Source: a virus
IMG/VR virus record: IMGVR_UViG_3300021962_000023
Span: 96,001-160,000 of that record
Length of the DNA stretch: 64,000 nt
Reading direction: 5' to 3' (one strand)
This document shows positions 19,314 through 27,487 of the stretch, one piece after another; the first letter of the stretch is position 1, and each line of letters opens with the position of its first letter. Under the pieces are notes generated by a model. It made no database searches and had not been told where the DNA came from. It saw only the letters and a program-made list of their open reading frames with translations. The position numbers and the translations under genes are program-made.

Positions 19314-20534
19314 TTATTTAATAATACCTGCTAATTTCTTAAATCTATCAGAAATTTGAGCGCTTTCAGCGATTACAGCTTTAGCTGCTTTCGGTGCAGT
19401 TGATTTAACTACTTTAGAAGCAATTCCTTCAGAAATTGATTTTTTAGCAATTTTGTTAGAAGATGTTGTGTATTTGAAATTCTCTGCTAATGTAGAGTAA
19501 ACCAATTTCACTTCTCTAACTGATTTTGTTCTATCCAAAGTTTCAATAACTTTAACTTTTTGTTCGTTAGTCATATTGTGTGCTCTGAATAATTTATTAG
19601 CGAATAATAACTTAGCGTTTAATAAGTTTACTTCGTTAATAGTTTTTTGTAATGATTTGATAGTGTTGTAAGCCTCATTCAATTCAGCGTTAATAGCTTC
19701 ATCTTTTGCTTCTTCTTCACCACCCATCTCATCTTGCATTTCACGAAGAATTTCTTCTAAGTCGATAACTTTGTCATCTTCTGCTTCTTCTTCTTCGTTA
19801 GTTACAACTACTTTAGGTGTTTCACCTTTGTCAGTTCCAGCTTCTGAACCATCTGCTAAATCTTCAGCAATTGCTGCATCATCAGCCATAGGTGCTTCTT
19901 CTTCAGAACTTTCATCTCCTAATTGAGCTTCTAATTCTCTGATGATAGCTTCTAAATCCATGTCATCTTCTGATTCTTCTTCAGAACCCATATCGGATGC
20001 CATATCCATTGAATCATCGCCAGCTGCTGCAAATGGGTCTTCTTCTTCAGTTCCCATAGCATCATCTGCTGCAAAAGGATTTTCAGAATCTTCTCCTTCT
20101 AATTCTGCTAATCTAGCTTTCAATTCTGCAATCTCTGCATCCTTGTCGCCTTCTTCAGAAGCAAATGGATTTTCTTCTTCTTCGTTGATATCTGCTACTT
20201 TAGTGTAATCAGTACCAGCTTGTTCTGGCTTTCCTGCATCTTTAGCTACACCAACTGATAAATCAGTTTCTGCATCCAAAGTTGGAGTTGCACCAGGAGT
20301 TTCAGCATATCCTGCTTCAACTTTTGAACCGATTCCAGTAGAATCTAATTCTTCAGCTACTTGTTCTGCATCATCTTCCATATCTTCAGCTTCAGCTCTC
20401 ATCTTTTGAGATAAGATTGATTGAAGTCTTGGTGTAAATGCTTCTTCAAGAGCTAACTTTGCGTTTGCTAAAGCTGTTTCTTTAACGGCTTTGGCATCAG
20501 CGATTGCTTCTTTCAATAATTTTGAATTTGCCAT
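19314..20534 (-). CDS. Prohead core/scaffold protein (gp22-like, very acidic)
   Basis: Immediately upstream of the capsid gene; Glu/Asp-rich central region, helical termini, many L/I-x-E sites. Confidence 0.75.
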   Translation of the reverse strand: MANSKLLKEAIADAKAVKETALANAKLALEEAFTPRLQSILSQKMRAEAEDMEDDAEQVAEELDSTGIGSKVEAGYAETPGATPTLDAETDLSVGVAKDAGKPEQAGTDYTKVADINEEEENPFASEEGDKDAEIAELKARLAELEGEDSENPFAADDAMGTEEEDPFAAAGDDSMDMASDMGSEEESEDDMDLEAIIRELEAQLGDESSEEEAPMADDAAIAEDLADGSEAGTDKGETPKVVVTNEEEEAEDDKVIDLEEILREMQDEMGGEEEAKDEAINAELNEAYNTIKSLQKTINEVNLLNAKLLFANKLFRAHNMTNEQKVKVIETLDRTKSVREVKLVYSTLAENFKYTTSSNKIAKKSISEGIASKVVKSTAPKAAKAVIAESAQISDRFKKLAGIIK

Positions 20535-20581
20535 CTTGTTTTCTCCTTGTTTTGATTGTGAAGTTATTTGTAGGAAACTCC

Positions 20582-20675
20582 AATAGAATTATGTTGATTG
20601 TTCGGTCACACCTTATAAGAGAAGGGTATTCATTAATCAACTATTACTTTTAATAAATCCTTTATGAGAAAGGAT
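20582..20675 (-). promoter_or_regulatory. Structured 5' leader of the scaffold-capsid operon
   Basis: Hairpins ATCCTTT-CTCAT-AAAGGAT and CCTT-CTCTTAT-AAGG, the second enclosed by GTTGATT/AATCAAC pairing; AAGGAG before ATG 20534. Confidence 0.4.
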
Positions 20676-20682
20676 ATTTGAG

Positions 20683-20691
20683 AATAAATAT
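20683..20691 (-). promoter_or_regulatory. Variant late motif ATATTTATT
   Basis: Between a terminator and the scaffold leader. Confidence 0.45.
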
Positions 20692-20710
20692 ATAGTTTTT
20701 TAGAAAACTA

Positions 20711-20741
20711 AAGAAAAACCCCAAATTTCTTTGAGGTTTTT
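20711..20741 (-). terminator. Intrinsic terminator
   Basis: AAAAACCTCAAA-GAAA-TTTGGGGTTTTT stem-loop downstream of 20758..21129. Confidence 0.7.
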
Positions 20742-20757
20742 AATTTTTTTTTATTTT

Positions 20758-21129
20758 TTATTGGTGATTTACCAATTTATATTTAGTTCTATATAATAAT
20801 GATACAACTGTATCGATATCATTTTGAATCCAACTATCTTGTAATTTAGGGTTTTGTCTTAATTTTGCAACCATTCCACAAAGTGTTTCAAAATATTTAA
20901 TAATGTTTTTAATATCATTATTTTTATCCAAAACTCCAATGCCGGATAATTGAATTATTCCTTCTTTACCCTGATACACTTCTACTAATCCATCTATTAA
21001 ATCTCCAATTGAATCATAATATTCACCCAATGCTAAATGTGCTGAATGTGCTCCGACACCTTTAACTCCTAAATGAAATGAGTGAGTTTGAGTTCTACTT
21101 TGTAATAATAAAGATGCTAATTCTTCCAT
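20758..21129 (-). CDS. Ferritin/Dps-like four-helix protein of T4-like phages
   Basis: QTHSFHL...HLALGEYYDSIGDLIDGLVEVYQG...IQNDIDTVVSLLYRTKYKL helical pattern. Confidence 0.55.
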   Translation of the reverse strand: MEELASLLLQSRTQTHSFHLGVKGVGAHSAHLALGEYYDSIGDLIDGLVEVYQGKEGIIQLSGIGVLDKNNDIKNIIKYFETLCGMVAKLRQNPKLQDSWIQNDIDTVVSLLYRTKYKLVNHQ

Positions 21130-21567
21130 TTATTTTAATTTTTTGCAAGTTTTGCATTCTTGTAATCCTAATCTTTGTTTCATAACATCTTCGGATACAT
21201 CTGCAATTTCAAAATATCTTCCTAAAACATGCCCCATATCTTCATATAGAGATTCTAATCTTTGTTCTTGTGCTTTTGCTTCGATTGCTTCTTTTTCAAA
21301 TGCGGCTTGTAATTTTTTTAACTCACCCATATTACGCTTAATCGTAACTCTATCGAACCAATCACCACCTTCTCTCAAAGTATATTCTTGTGCTGCATCT
21401 GCGATACCACCTAAAGTTTCTGCAACTTGTCTGATATCAGATTTTCTAGCCATACCTTCTCTATGTTGACCATAGGTAGAAATTATTTCTAAAAAATGTC
21501 TTTTTAGTTCGGTTGGTAATTGTTGAAGTTCTTCCGCTTCGTTTAATAAATCTTTTAAGCGTATCAT
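21130..21567 (-). CDS. Hypothetical, putative internal head protein
   Basis: N-terminal MIRLKDLLNE resembles a capsid-targeting leader ending in a gp21-type site. Confidence 0.55.
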   Translation of the reverse strand: MIRLKDLLNEAEELQQLPTELKRHFLEIISTYGQHREGMARKSDIRQVAETLGGIADAAQEYTLREGGDWFDRVTIKRNMGELKKLQAAFEKEAIEAKAQEQRLESLYEDMGHVLGRYFEIADVSEDVMKQRLGLQECKTCKKLK

Positions 21568-21570
21568 ATA

Positions 21571-21822
21571 CTATTTTTTTAAAATATCGTTTTTCTTAAT
21601 GTTCTGAATGTATCTCATTAATTCTTGTCTATCCATTCCCATAGCTTCGATTACTTTAGCAAGAACAAGCATTTCCTTTTTACGATTAAGATTCATTCCT
21701 TTAATTTGAGATACCATTTTATCCAAATATCTCTCTACCGATTGAGGTAATGTTGTATCTAAATCATCAATTGATTCTTTAACATTCATTTGTTTACCAG
21801 GTACTAAATCTACTAATTTCAT
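21571..21822 (-). CDS. Hypothetical, putative internal head protein (true start likely 21822)
   Basis: MKLVDLVPGKQMNVKE... The track start at 21975 overlaps the protease gene by about 150 nt. Confidence 0.55.
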   Translation of the reverse strand: MKLVDLVPGKQMNVKESIDDLDTTLPQSVERYLDKMVSQIKGMNLNRKKEMLVLAKVIEAMGMDRQELMRYIQNIKKNDILKK

Positions 21823-21827
21823 ATTTT

Positions 21828-22418
21828 TTAGTTTAATTCTATGATTATTTCTCTCATTAAATCTTGTGCTTTGCAGAACTTTCCACATTCTTCTGCAATT
21901 TTTGCCCATTGCTTCGATTCGTTCATTGGTGCCATAAATGCTCCATGTGTAGATGGATTTGATACGAAATCCCATCCAACTAATTCAAAATCTTCCTGAA
22001 CCATTACAGTCCCGTCTCTTAATTCTTTTACTGAACCCAAACCTCTTGATGAAATACCTAAACGAATATTGTTCTTTAATAGTTCTCTAAGAATATTTCC
22101 AGATGGAGTTGAAAGAATTTCTACTACACCACATACATCATCACCTTCCCAATAGATTTCTCTAATATTGTGAGATACATTTTTTAAATTGATAACCGGA
22201 GAATCGGGGTGGTCTAATTCACCCAATGCTCTTCTTTCTTTAATAAGTTGCCCGTATTTCTGGCATTCTCTTTCTAAGATTTCTTTAGGATATCTTCTAC
22301 CATTTTGATTAGCAGCTCCAGCTCTTTGTAGGATTCCCTTAACCAAATAAGTTCCATTATCTTGTTCTACCAATTTTGCTTCAAACAAATGGGTTTCTAT
22401 TAATAATCCTTTATTCAT
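21828..22418 (-). CDS. gp21: Prohead protease, T4 gp21 family
   Basis: NQNGRRYP, RRALGELDHP, VSHNI, LGISSRGLGS, DFVSNPS are gp21 catalytic His/Ser motifs. Confidence 0.95.
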   Translation of the reverse strand: MNKGLLIETHLFEAKLVEQDNGTYLVKGILQRAGAANQNGRRYPKEILERECQKYGQLIKERRALGELDHPDSPVINLKNVSHNIREIYWEGDDVCGVVEILSTPSGNILRELLKNNIRLGISSRGLGSVKELRDGTVMVQEDFELVGWDFVSNPSTHGAFMAPMNESKQWAKIAEECGKFCKAQDLMREIIIELN

Positions 22419-22419
22419 C

Positions 22420-22800
22420 TTACTTTATATCTTTTTTAACTTTTTCTATTGCCTTATCAGTTATTGATTTATCCATCCAAGACTTTAAAAATATAGTTTT
22501 TAATTGGTTTTCTAATTCCGTTTCATTTAATTTGCCATTTGTACTATCAACCATTTTAATGATTTGAGTTTGTACATATGGTAATTTAACTATTTTATCA
22601 GCCGTTGAATTATCAATTCCTTTTTTGGCATTAACCATATCACTCACATTATCTATAAAATTATCATTATTAGATAATGAAGTTAATATTTTTTGAATCG
22701 GTTCTTTATAATCTTTTTTAGCTGTAAGGTATTTTATACCTTTCTCAACTAAATCCATTATATAATAAAAAACAATTTTACCAATAACAACGCTACCCAA
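22420..22800 (-). CDS. Hypothetical; lacks a good ATG start and may be the -1 frame extension of 22833..23147
   Basis: The frame is open upstream across an A10 run at the end of the previous gene. The track start is TTG; the first ATG is internal. Confidence 0.5.
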   Translation of the reverse strand: MGSVVIGKIVFYYIMDLVEKGIKYLTAKKDYKEPIQKILTSLSNNDNFIDNVSDMVNAKKGIDNSTADKIVKLPYVQTQIIKMVDSTNGKLNETELENQLKTIFLKSWMDKSITDKAIEKVKKDIK

Positions 22801-22832
22801 AACAGTTGCAATATCAATGGCTAAATTTTCAT

Positions 22833-23147
22833 TTACTTTTTTTTTTGAGCCCCTTCGTTTTTGGCTCTCAATTTTGCTAAATCCGAACCTTCAATTTCGC
22901 CATCTCCATCCACATCAATCTTCTTTTGCCCAGCAGTTAGTTCGGCTTCATTGTAACCTCTCAACTTACCTTCTGATTTTGCTTTGTAAGCGGTATCTAC
23001 GGCATTAAAGAATTTCTTCTTATCATCATCGCTCATAGAATTTATATCCTTACCAGTCTTATCCAACATATGTTTAAATAGTTGCTGATAATCTTGTTCT
23101 TCTTTTACTACTTGTCTAACAAGTTCTTTTAATTGAGATACTTTCAT
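22833..23147 (-). CDS. Hypothetical head-cluster protein with EF-hand-like DVDGDGEIEGSD loop
   Basis: MKVSQLKELVRQVVKEE leader; DxDxDG motif; ends in A_AAA_AAG_TAA. Confidence 0.6.
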   Translation of the reverse strand: MKVSQLKELVRQVVKEEQDYQQLFKHMLDKTGKDINSMSDDDKKKFFNAVDTAYKAKSEGKLRGYNEAELTAGQKKIDVDGDGEIEGSDLAKLRAKNEGAQKKK

Positions 23148-23920
23148 TATTCTGAAATTTGTCTAATTTTTTGGTCCAACTTTAATAGTCTTTCTTTTAT
23201 ACTATAAATATGACTATTTGTTCTTTTCCAATAACTTTTATTATCTACACCACTTTCATTCTTAATTTTTCCGTACCAATTAAGAAATTGTTCCATTTCT
23301 GCTAATTGTTTATTGATATTAGATATACCTTTACCTATTTTAGCTTGTGCAGATGATTCTTCATTTTTTAATGCTAACCAACGATTTTCCTTAACTACAC
23401 TATATCCCGTTAAATCTGCTTGTCTTTTACCTTTCTTTTCCTCACTTTCGGGTTTACCAAATGCAAATGGAGTATTATATGGACCGGCTGCACCTGATGT
23501 GTTCATCTCATCTACATCGGCTTTTAGTTCAACATCCTTATACAATCCACTAACTTTTGCATCTAACTCATCTGCAAATTTCTTTTTTAAGGTTTGTAGT
23601 TGTTTTAATCTTTCTACTGCTTTCTTTTCATTAGGAGTTCCTTTTGATTTTTTATACAATTCCAAAGTTTGTGCAATTGCATCAACGGTTTTCATATAAT
23701 CGTTTTGAATGGATTTAACTCCTCTCAATTCGTTTATTACTACTTCTTTAACATGGTCTGGCAATCCTTTATGCTTAGTTGAAGCAAAATCTTTAGCATC
23801 TTTATCAGACATTGAGTCTGCTGCTTTAGAAACTTCTGGAGATGGGTTTTCCATATCACCTTTTTGAGCTGCATGAACCATACCCATAAATCTTTGTTGT
23901 GCTTTTGATTGTGCTGGCAT
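23147..23920 (-). CDS. Hypothetical head-cluster protein (DUF3008-like N-terminus)
   Basis: MPAQSKAQQRFMGMVHAAQKG...KDFASTKHKGLP; several V/L-x-E junctions. Confidence 0.55.
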   Translation of the reverse strand: MPAQSKAQQRFMGMVHAAQKGDMENPSPEVSKAADSMSDKDAKDFASTKHKGLPDHVKEVVINELRGVKSIQNDYMKTVDAIAQTLELYKKSKGTPNEKKAVERLKQLQTLKKKFADELDAKVSGLYKDVELKADVDEMNTSGAAGPYNTPFAFGKPESEEKKGKRQADLTGYSVVKENRWLALKNEESSAQAKIGKGISNINKQLAEMEQFLNWYGKIKNESGVDNKSYWKRTNSHIYSIKERLLKLDQKIRQISE

Positions 23921-23931
23921 TGTTTATATGT

Positions 23932-24210
23932 TTATGCTAATAAATATGCTGAACCTGCTGTTACTGTAATACTTCTAACATAGCATGGAATTGGTTCACC
24001 TACTGCCAAATATTCTAATTTTATTGTAGAATGGTTATTTGTTTGTGCAAATGTACCACTTACATTATTATCTACAACGCCTTCCAATGTTACTGAACCC
24101 GAACATACAGCCGTTCCTCTCATTACACCCCAAGCTCTATCCAACGAACCAGATGTACCAGCTCCTGCTGCTACGAATTCTTTTGCGTTAAAAATTTTAT
24201 AATTTGTCAT
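23932..24210 (-). CDS. Hypothetical protein
   Basis: Same-strand ORF filling the operon between its neighbours. Confidence 0.55.
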   Translation of the reverse strand: MTNYKIFNAKEFVAAGAGTSGSLDRAWGVMRGTAVCSGSVTLEGVVDNNVSGTFAQTNNHSTIKLEYLAVGEPIPCYVRSITVTAGSAYLLA

Positions 24211-24213
24211 TTT

Positions 24214-25089
24214 TTATTTATTTAAACTATCTTTTAATTCTTTTAATAATTCGTAACTCATCATCATCGCTGATAGATGTTGTTCTTTAATTTTCTTAAC
24301 AGACTTTATCTTTCTAATATTAGATATCGTTTCTGCTAATTTTATTTTAGTTACTTTATCAGAAATTTTAGAACCAACTTCTTTTAATGAATTAACTAAA
24401 TCAGTTACTTCCTTTGAAACATATTCATTCAATTTACCAGTATTATTGATATTATTGATATATTCTTTCAATAATCCTTTTTGTTCTTTTGATAAATTTT
24501 TGTATTTGTTATTAAAAGATTCTACTAATATTTTATAAGATACTGCTCTTAAATCTTCATCTTGCTTTCTATATTCTTCTAAAACTGCATCTTTAACTTT
24601 TGATTCTTTATTTTGAATCGAGGAATTTATAATACTTTCTGCAATAGTAAAACGTGAATTTACAATATCAGTTGGTTCGTATTGTTCTTCAGTAGTAGCT
24701 ACTTCAAATATTTTGTATATAGATGCTAATGTTTTATAATTTGATATAGGAGATTTGATGAATTCATCTAAACCATATGTATCTTTAATCTCTTTGATAA
24801 GATTATACTTTTCCTTTGTAAGTTTTTTCTCGTCTAATCTTTTACGAGCTTCTAATATAGTATCAATGAATTTTTCAGCTTTAGATTCTGAATTGTATTT
24901 TTCATTAATCAAATATTGATATAATTTTAATTCTTTAGATAATTCTTTTTTCGAATTAAAGTGTTCTTTTAAAATACCTTCCGCTACTGATTTATTAGAG
25001 GACATAATTTCTGATGTAATTTGTCTTACAAGTAATTCAAATATAAATCCAGTATTCTTAAACTTCGAATGTTTTATTTTTTTCATCAA
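24214..25089 (-). CDS. Hypothetical helical protein adjacent to the portal gene
   Basis: 291-aa Lys/Glu-rich ORF preceded by the late motif. Confidence 0.6.
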   Translation of the reverse strand: MMKKIKHSKFKNTGFIFELLVRQITSEIMSSNKSVAEGILKEHFNSKKELSKELKLYQYLINEKYNSESKAEKFIDTILEARKRLDEKKLTKEKYNLIKEIKDTYGLDEFIKSPISNYKTLASIYKIFEVATTEEQYEPTDIVNSRFTIAESIINSSIQNKESKVKDAVLEEYRKQDEDLRAVSYKILVESFNNKYKNLSKEQKGLLKEYINNINNTGKLNEYVSKEVTDLVNSLKEVGSKISDKVTKIKLAETISNIRKIKSVKKIKEQHLSAMMMSYELLKELKDSLNK

Positions 25090-25106
25090 TTTTATAATTT
25101 GTCAGA

Positions 25107-25115
25107 TATAAATAT
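25107..25115 (-). promoter_or_regulatory. Putative phage late-promoter motif ATATTTATA
   Basis: Intergenic, 18 nt upstream of ATG 25089. Confidence 0.55.
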
Positions 25116-25132
25116 ATTTTTATATTGGTTTA

Positions 25133-26881
25133 TTACTCTTTTATTAAATCTTCTGTCAAAATCTTCTTTTTATTACCATCCATATCTTTAAATATTTCAA
25201 AATATGAACTCTTTCTTGGTTTATAAGCAACAGAACCTTCTTTTTGTTTTAGAGTTTTTATTCCCAACGGGTCTCTTCCTTCCGGATGGTCATCTTTACC
25301 ATATCTAACCGGGTCTTTAGGTCTACCAACTTCTCCTTCGGTTTCTAATTCCGATTTTAATCTAGTCAATTCTTCTTCTACATTTGTTGGGCCACCTTCA
25401 GTTCCTGTTTCTTTCGCAGGGTCTACACCTTGCGTTTCAATTGATGTTAGTCTGAACATTTGTTTTGTATCTTCTAATACTTGCAATGTTAATTCATCTT
25501 GCTCATCCTTAGCCATCTTCATTACAGAATCATACATCCATTCTTTAGAGAACATCTTCGTTTGTTGCATTTGTTGAATCAATGCTACTTTTGAAGTGTA
25601 TAGTTCAACTTGTTCTTGCTCATAGATTTTAGATGGGATAGTAAGTTCTAATGTAAAATTAGTTAATCTATCATCATCTATTCCTTGTGCATATAAATGA
25701 ATAATTCCAATTTTTGTTAATTCTGAAATTAATACTTTTTGAATTCTTTCAATAGTTTTTGCAAAACGAATATCCATAGATGCCAATGTTGCTTTACCAT
25801 TGGTATCTTCTTCATATCCTAAATATGCTTTGGGAATTTTTAATGCAGCCATTAACTTACTCTTTAAGTAGTTAAGGTCATCAATCATATTATATTCCAA
25901 CCCTTTTAATGTATCAATAGATGTACCATTATCACTACCACGAACTGGCATATAGTAATCTTCAATAAGGTTTTGGATATTGTATTTTAAGTTATACTCA
26001 CCTGTTTTTTCATCAACGAATGGAACTTTCTTCGATGCGTTGATAATCTTCTGCATGTAGTTATCCACTTCATTTGGTGGAATATTACCAACATCTACTT
26101 TGAAGATTCTCTTTTCAGGTGCTCTCATTACTCTATGAATTAACATAGCATCTTCCATCAATTGTAATTGTTTCCAAACTCTTCTAGCACCTTCTATCAT
26201 AGATTTTCCATAAGGTAAGAAGTTTGCATCACCATTTAAACGGAAGTGAGCGATTTCATAATTCTCATATTCGGTTTTAGTTGCCTGATATGCTCCAGTG
26301 TATGGATTCTGATATGGTGCATATACAAATTTAACTCTTTGTGGATTTTCTGCATCGAATCCTTCAACTCTACTCATTTCATATGTAGACATCGGCATTA
26401 CATTTATAATACCCAATCCCTCTGAAATTTCTAATTGTAAATAAAAATCACCATATTTAACCAAGTTTCTTGTCCAAGGCCATAAGTTGAATTCTACATT
26501 AAGAATATCATAAAATAAGTTTTCTAAAATTTGTTTAATATTATCATCTTCGTGGTGTATCTTTAATACATTACCATGTTCATTCGTAGGAGTACACTCA
26601 TCTGCGTAAATATCCAATGCGGATGCCAAAATCGGGTCCATATCCATTGAATCATAATCTCTAAACAAATCTATTCTTACTTGTTGATAAGCTAAAGATG
26701 ATTCCAACGAACCAACCCCATAGTTACTGATTTTTAATTTCATATAACGGTCAACAAGGTTTGTTGTCATATTTTGATACTCATCTGTATCAATTACTTT
26801 AACACCTTTTTGCGTTTTACGAACTATGGTATTTGTTGAAAATAATTTTTGTAACCTACCGAATATTGATTTATCTGCCAT
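25133..26881 (-). CDS. gp20: Portal protein, T4 gp20 family
   Basis: LMEDAMLIHRVMRAPEKRIFKVDVGNIP, EDYYMPVRG...TSIDTLKG, ALKIPKAYL match gp20 motifs. Confidence 0.95.
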   Translation of the reverse strand: MADKSIFGRLQKLFSTNTIVRKTQKGVKVIDTDEYQNMTTNLVDRYMKLKISNYGVGSLESSLAYQQVRIDLFRDYDSMDMDPILASALDIYADECTPTNEHGNVLKIHHEDDNIKQILENLFYDILNVEFNLWPWTRNLVKYGDFYLQLEISEGLGIINVMPMSTYEMSRVEGFDAENPQRVKFVYAPYQNPYTGAYQATKTEYENYEIAHFRLNGDANFLPYGKSMIEGARRVWKQLQLMEDAMLIHRVMRAPEKRIFKVDVGNIPPNEVDNYMQKIINASKKVPFVDEKTGEYNLKYNIQNLIEDYYMPVRGSDNGTSIDTLKGLEYNMIDDLNYLKSKLMAALKIPKAYLGYEEDTNGKATLASMDIRFAKTIERIQKVLISELTKIGIIHLYAQGIDDDRLTNFTLELTIPSKIYEQEQVELYTSKVALIQQMQQTKMFSKEWMYDSVMKMAKDEQDELTLQVLEDTKQMFRLTSIETQGVDPAKETGTEGGPTNVEEELTRLKSELETEGEVGRPKDPVRYGKDDHPEGRDPLGIKTLKQKEGSVAYKPRKSSYFEIFKDMDGNKKKILTEDLIKE

Positions 26882-26902
26882 TTTTTAATTTATATTAATT
26901 TA

Positions 26903-26934
26903 CAAAGATAAGTAAAATTTTTTGTATTTCCAAA
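26903..26934 (-). promoter_or_regulatory. Bacteroidota-type housekeeping promoter (TTTG-N20-TATCTTTG)
   Basis: Exact match to the Bacteroidota -33 TTTG / -7 TAnnTTTG consensus, upstream of the portal ATG. Confidence 0.75.
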
Positions 26935-26936
26935 TT

Positions 26937-27446
26937 TTACCACTTTCTACACGACCAATATCTTGCTTTGTGTCTTGGTCCTGGGTTTTCACAATTATGT
27001 CTTGCTCTAAAAGATTTTCTTCTTTCAGGGTTATTCTTTTTAATTTTAACTCCCTTTTGACCAAAGTTTACCTTTACAACATTACCCGCTGGATTTTTAA
27101 CATAAACTTTGAATTTTTTAACATCACCGGCCATTGGTTTACCCAATTGAACTTTTCTACCTTGATATTCAGCTTCTTTTAAACAAGCACATCCTTCATT
27201 CAAAGATTCATTGTATCCTCTCATAAATTTGATGAAATCTTCATAATCATCGTAATTATCTACATCGTATTCCTCTTCAGGTTCTACTATTCCATAATTT
27301 ACATCATCATCACTATTTATATCTTCACTTACAGGTACACAATTAGGAACTTCTTTACCACCTTTGTTTTTCATACCGATTTGTTGGTATCCTTTCCAAC
27401 AAGGACCTTGCTCTTCGCTTAGATTAATTAAATTTATTAATTTCAT
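26937..27446 (-). CDS. Hypothetical head-cluster protein (true start likely 27446)
   Basis: MKLINLINLSEE leader; PCWKGY...VPNCVP and KKFKVYV...SFRARHNC...ARYWSC motifs familiar from T4-like phage head regions. Confidence 0.65.
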   Translation of the reverse strand: MKLINLINLSEEQGPCWKGYQQIGMKNKGGKEVPNCVPVSEDINSDDDVNYGIVEPEEEYDVDNYDDYEDFIKFMRGYNESLNEGCACLKEAEYQGRKVQLGKPMAGDVKKFKVYVKNPAGNVVKVNFGQKGVKIKKNNPERRKSFRARHNCENPGPRHKARYWSCRKW

Positions 27447-27471
27447 TTTTTTAATTTTAATAGTTTCAACA

Positions 27472-27480
27472 TATAAATAT
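27472..27480 (-). promoter_or_regulatory. Putative phage late-promoter motif ATATTTATA
   Basis: 26 nt upstream of ATG 27446, which supports the revised start. Confidence 0.55.
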
Positions 27481-27487
27481 ATAAAAC

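Noticed and set aside
20535-20757. tRNA or other known RNA gene in the largest intergenic gap
   Set aside because: No cloverleaf or T-loop (GTTCRA) signature; the structure is explained by a terminator, the late motif and leader hairpins.
21823-21975. Track N-terminal extensions of ORFs 21571..21975, 26937..27503 and 45616..46614
   Set aside because: The extensions overlap upstream genes or the late motif; internal ATGs at 21822, 27446 and 46572 give normal spacing and coupling.
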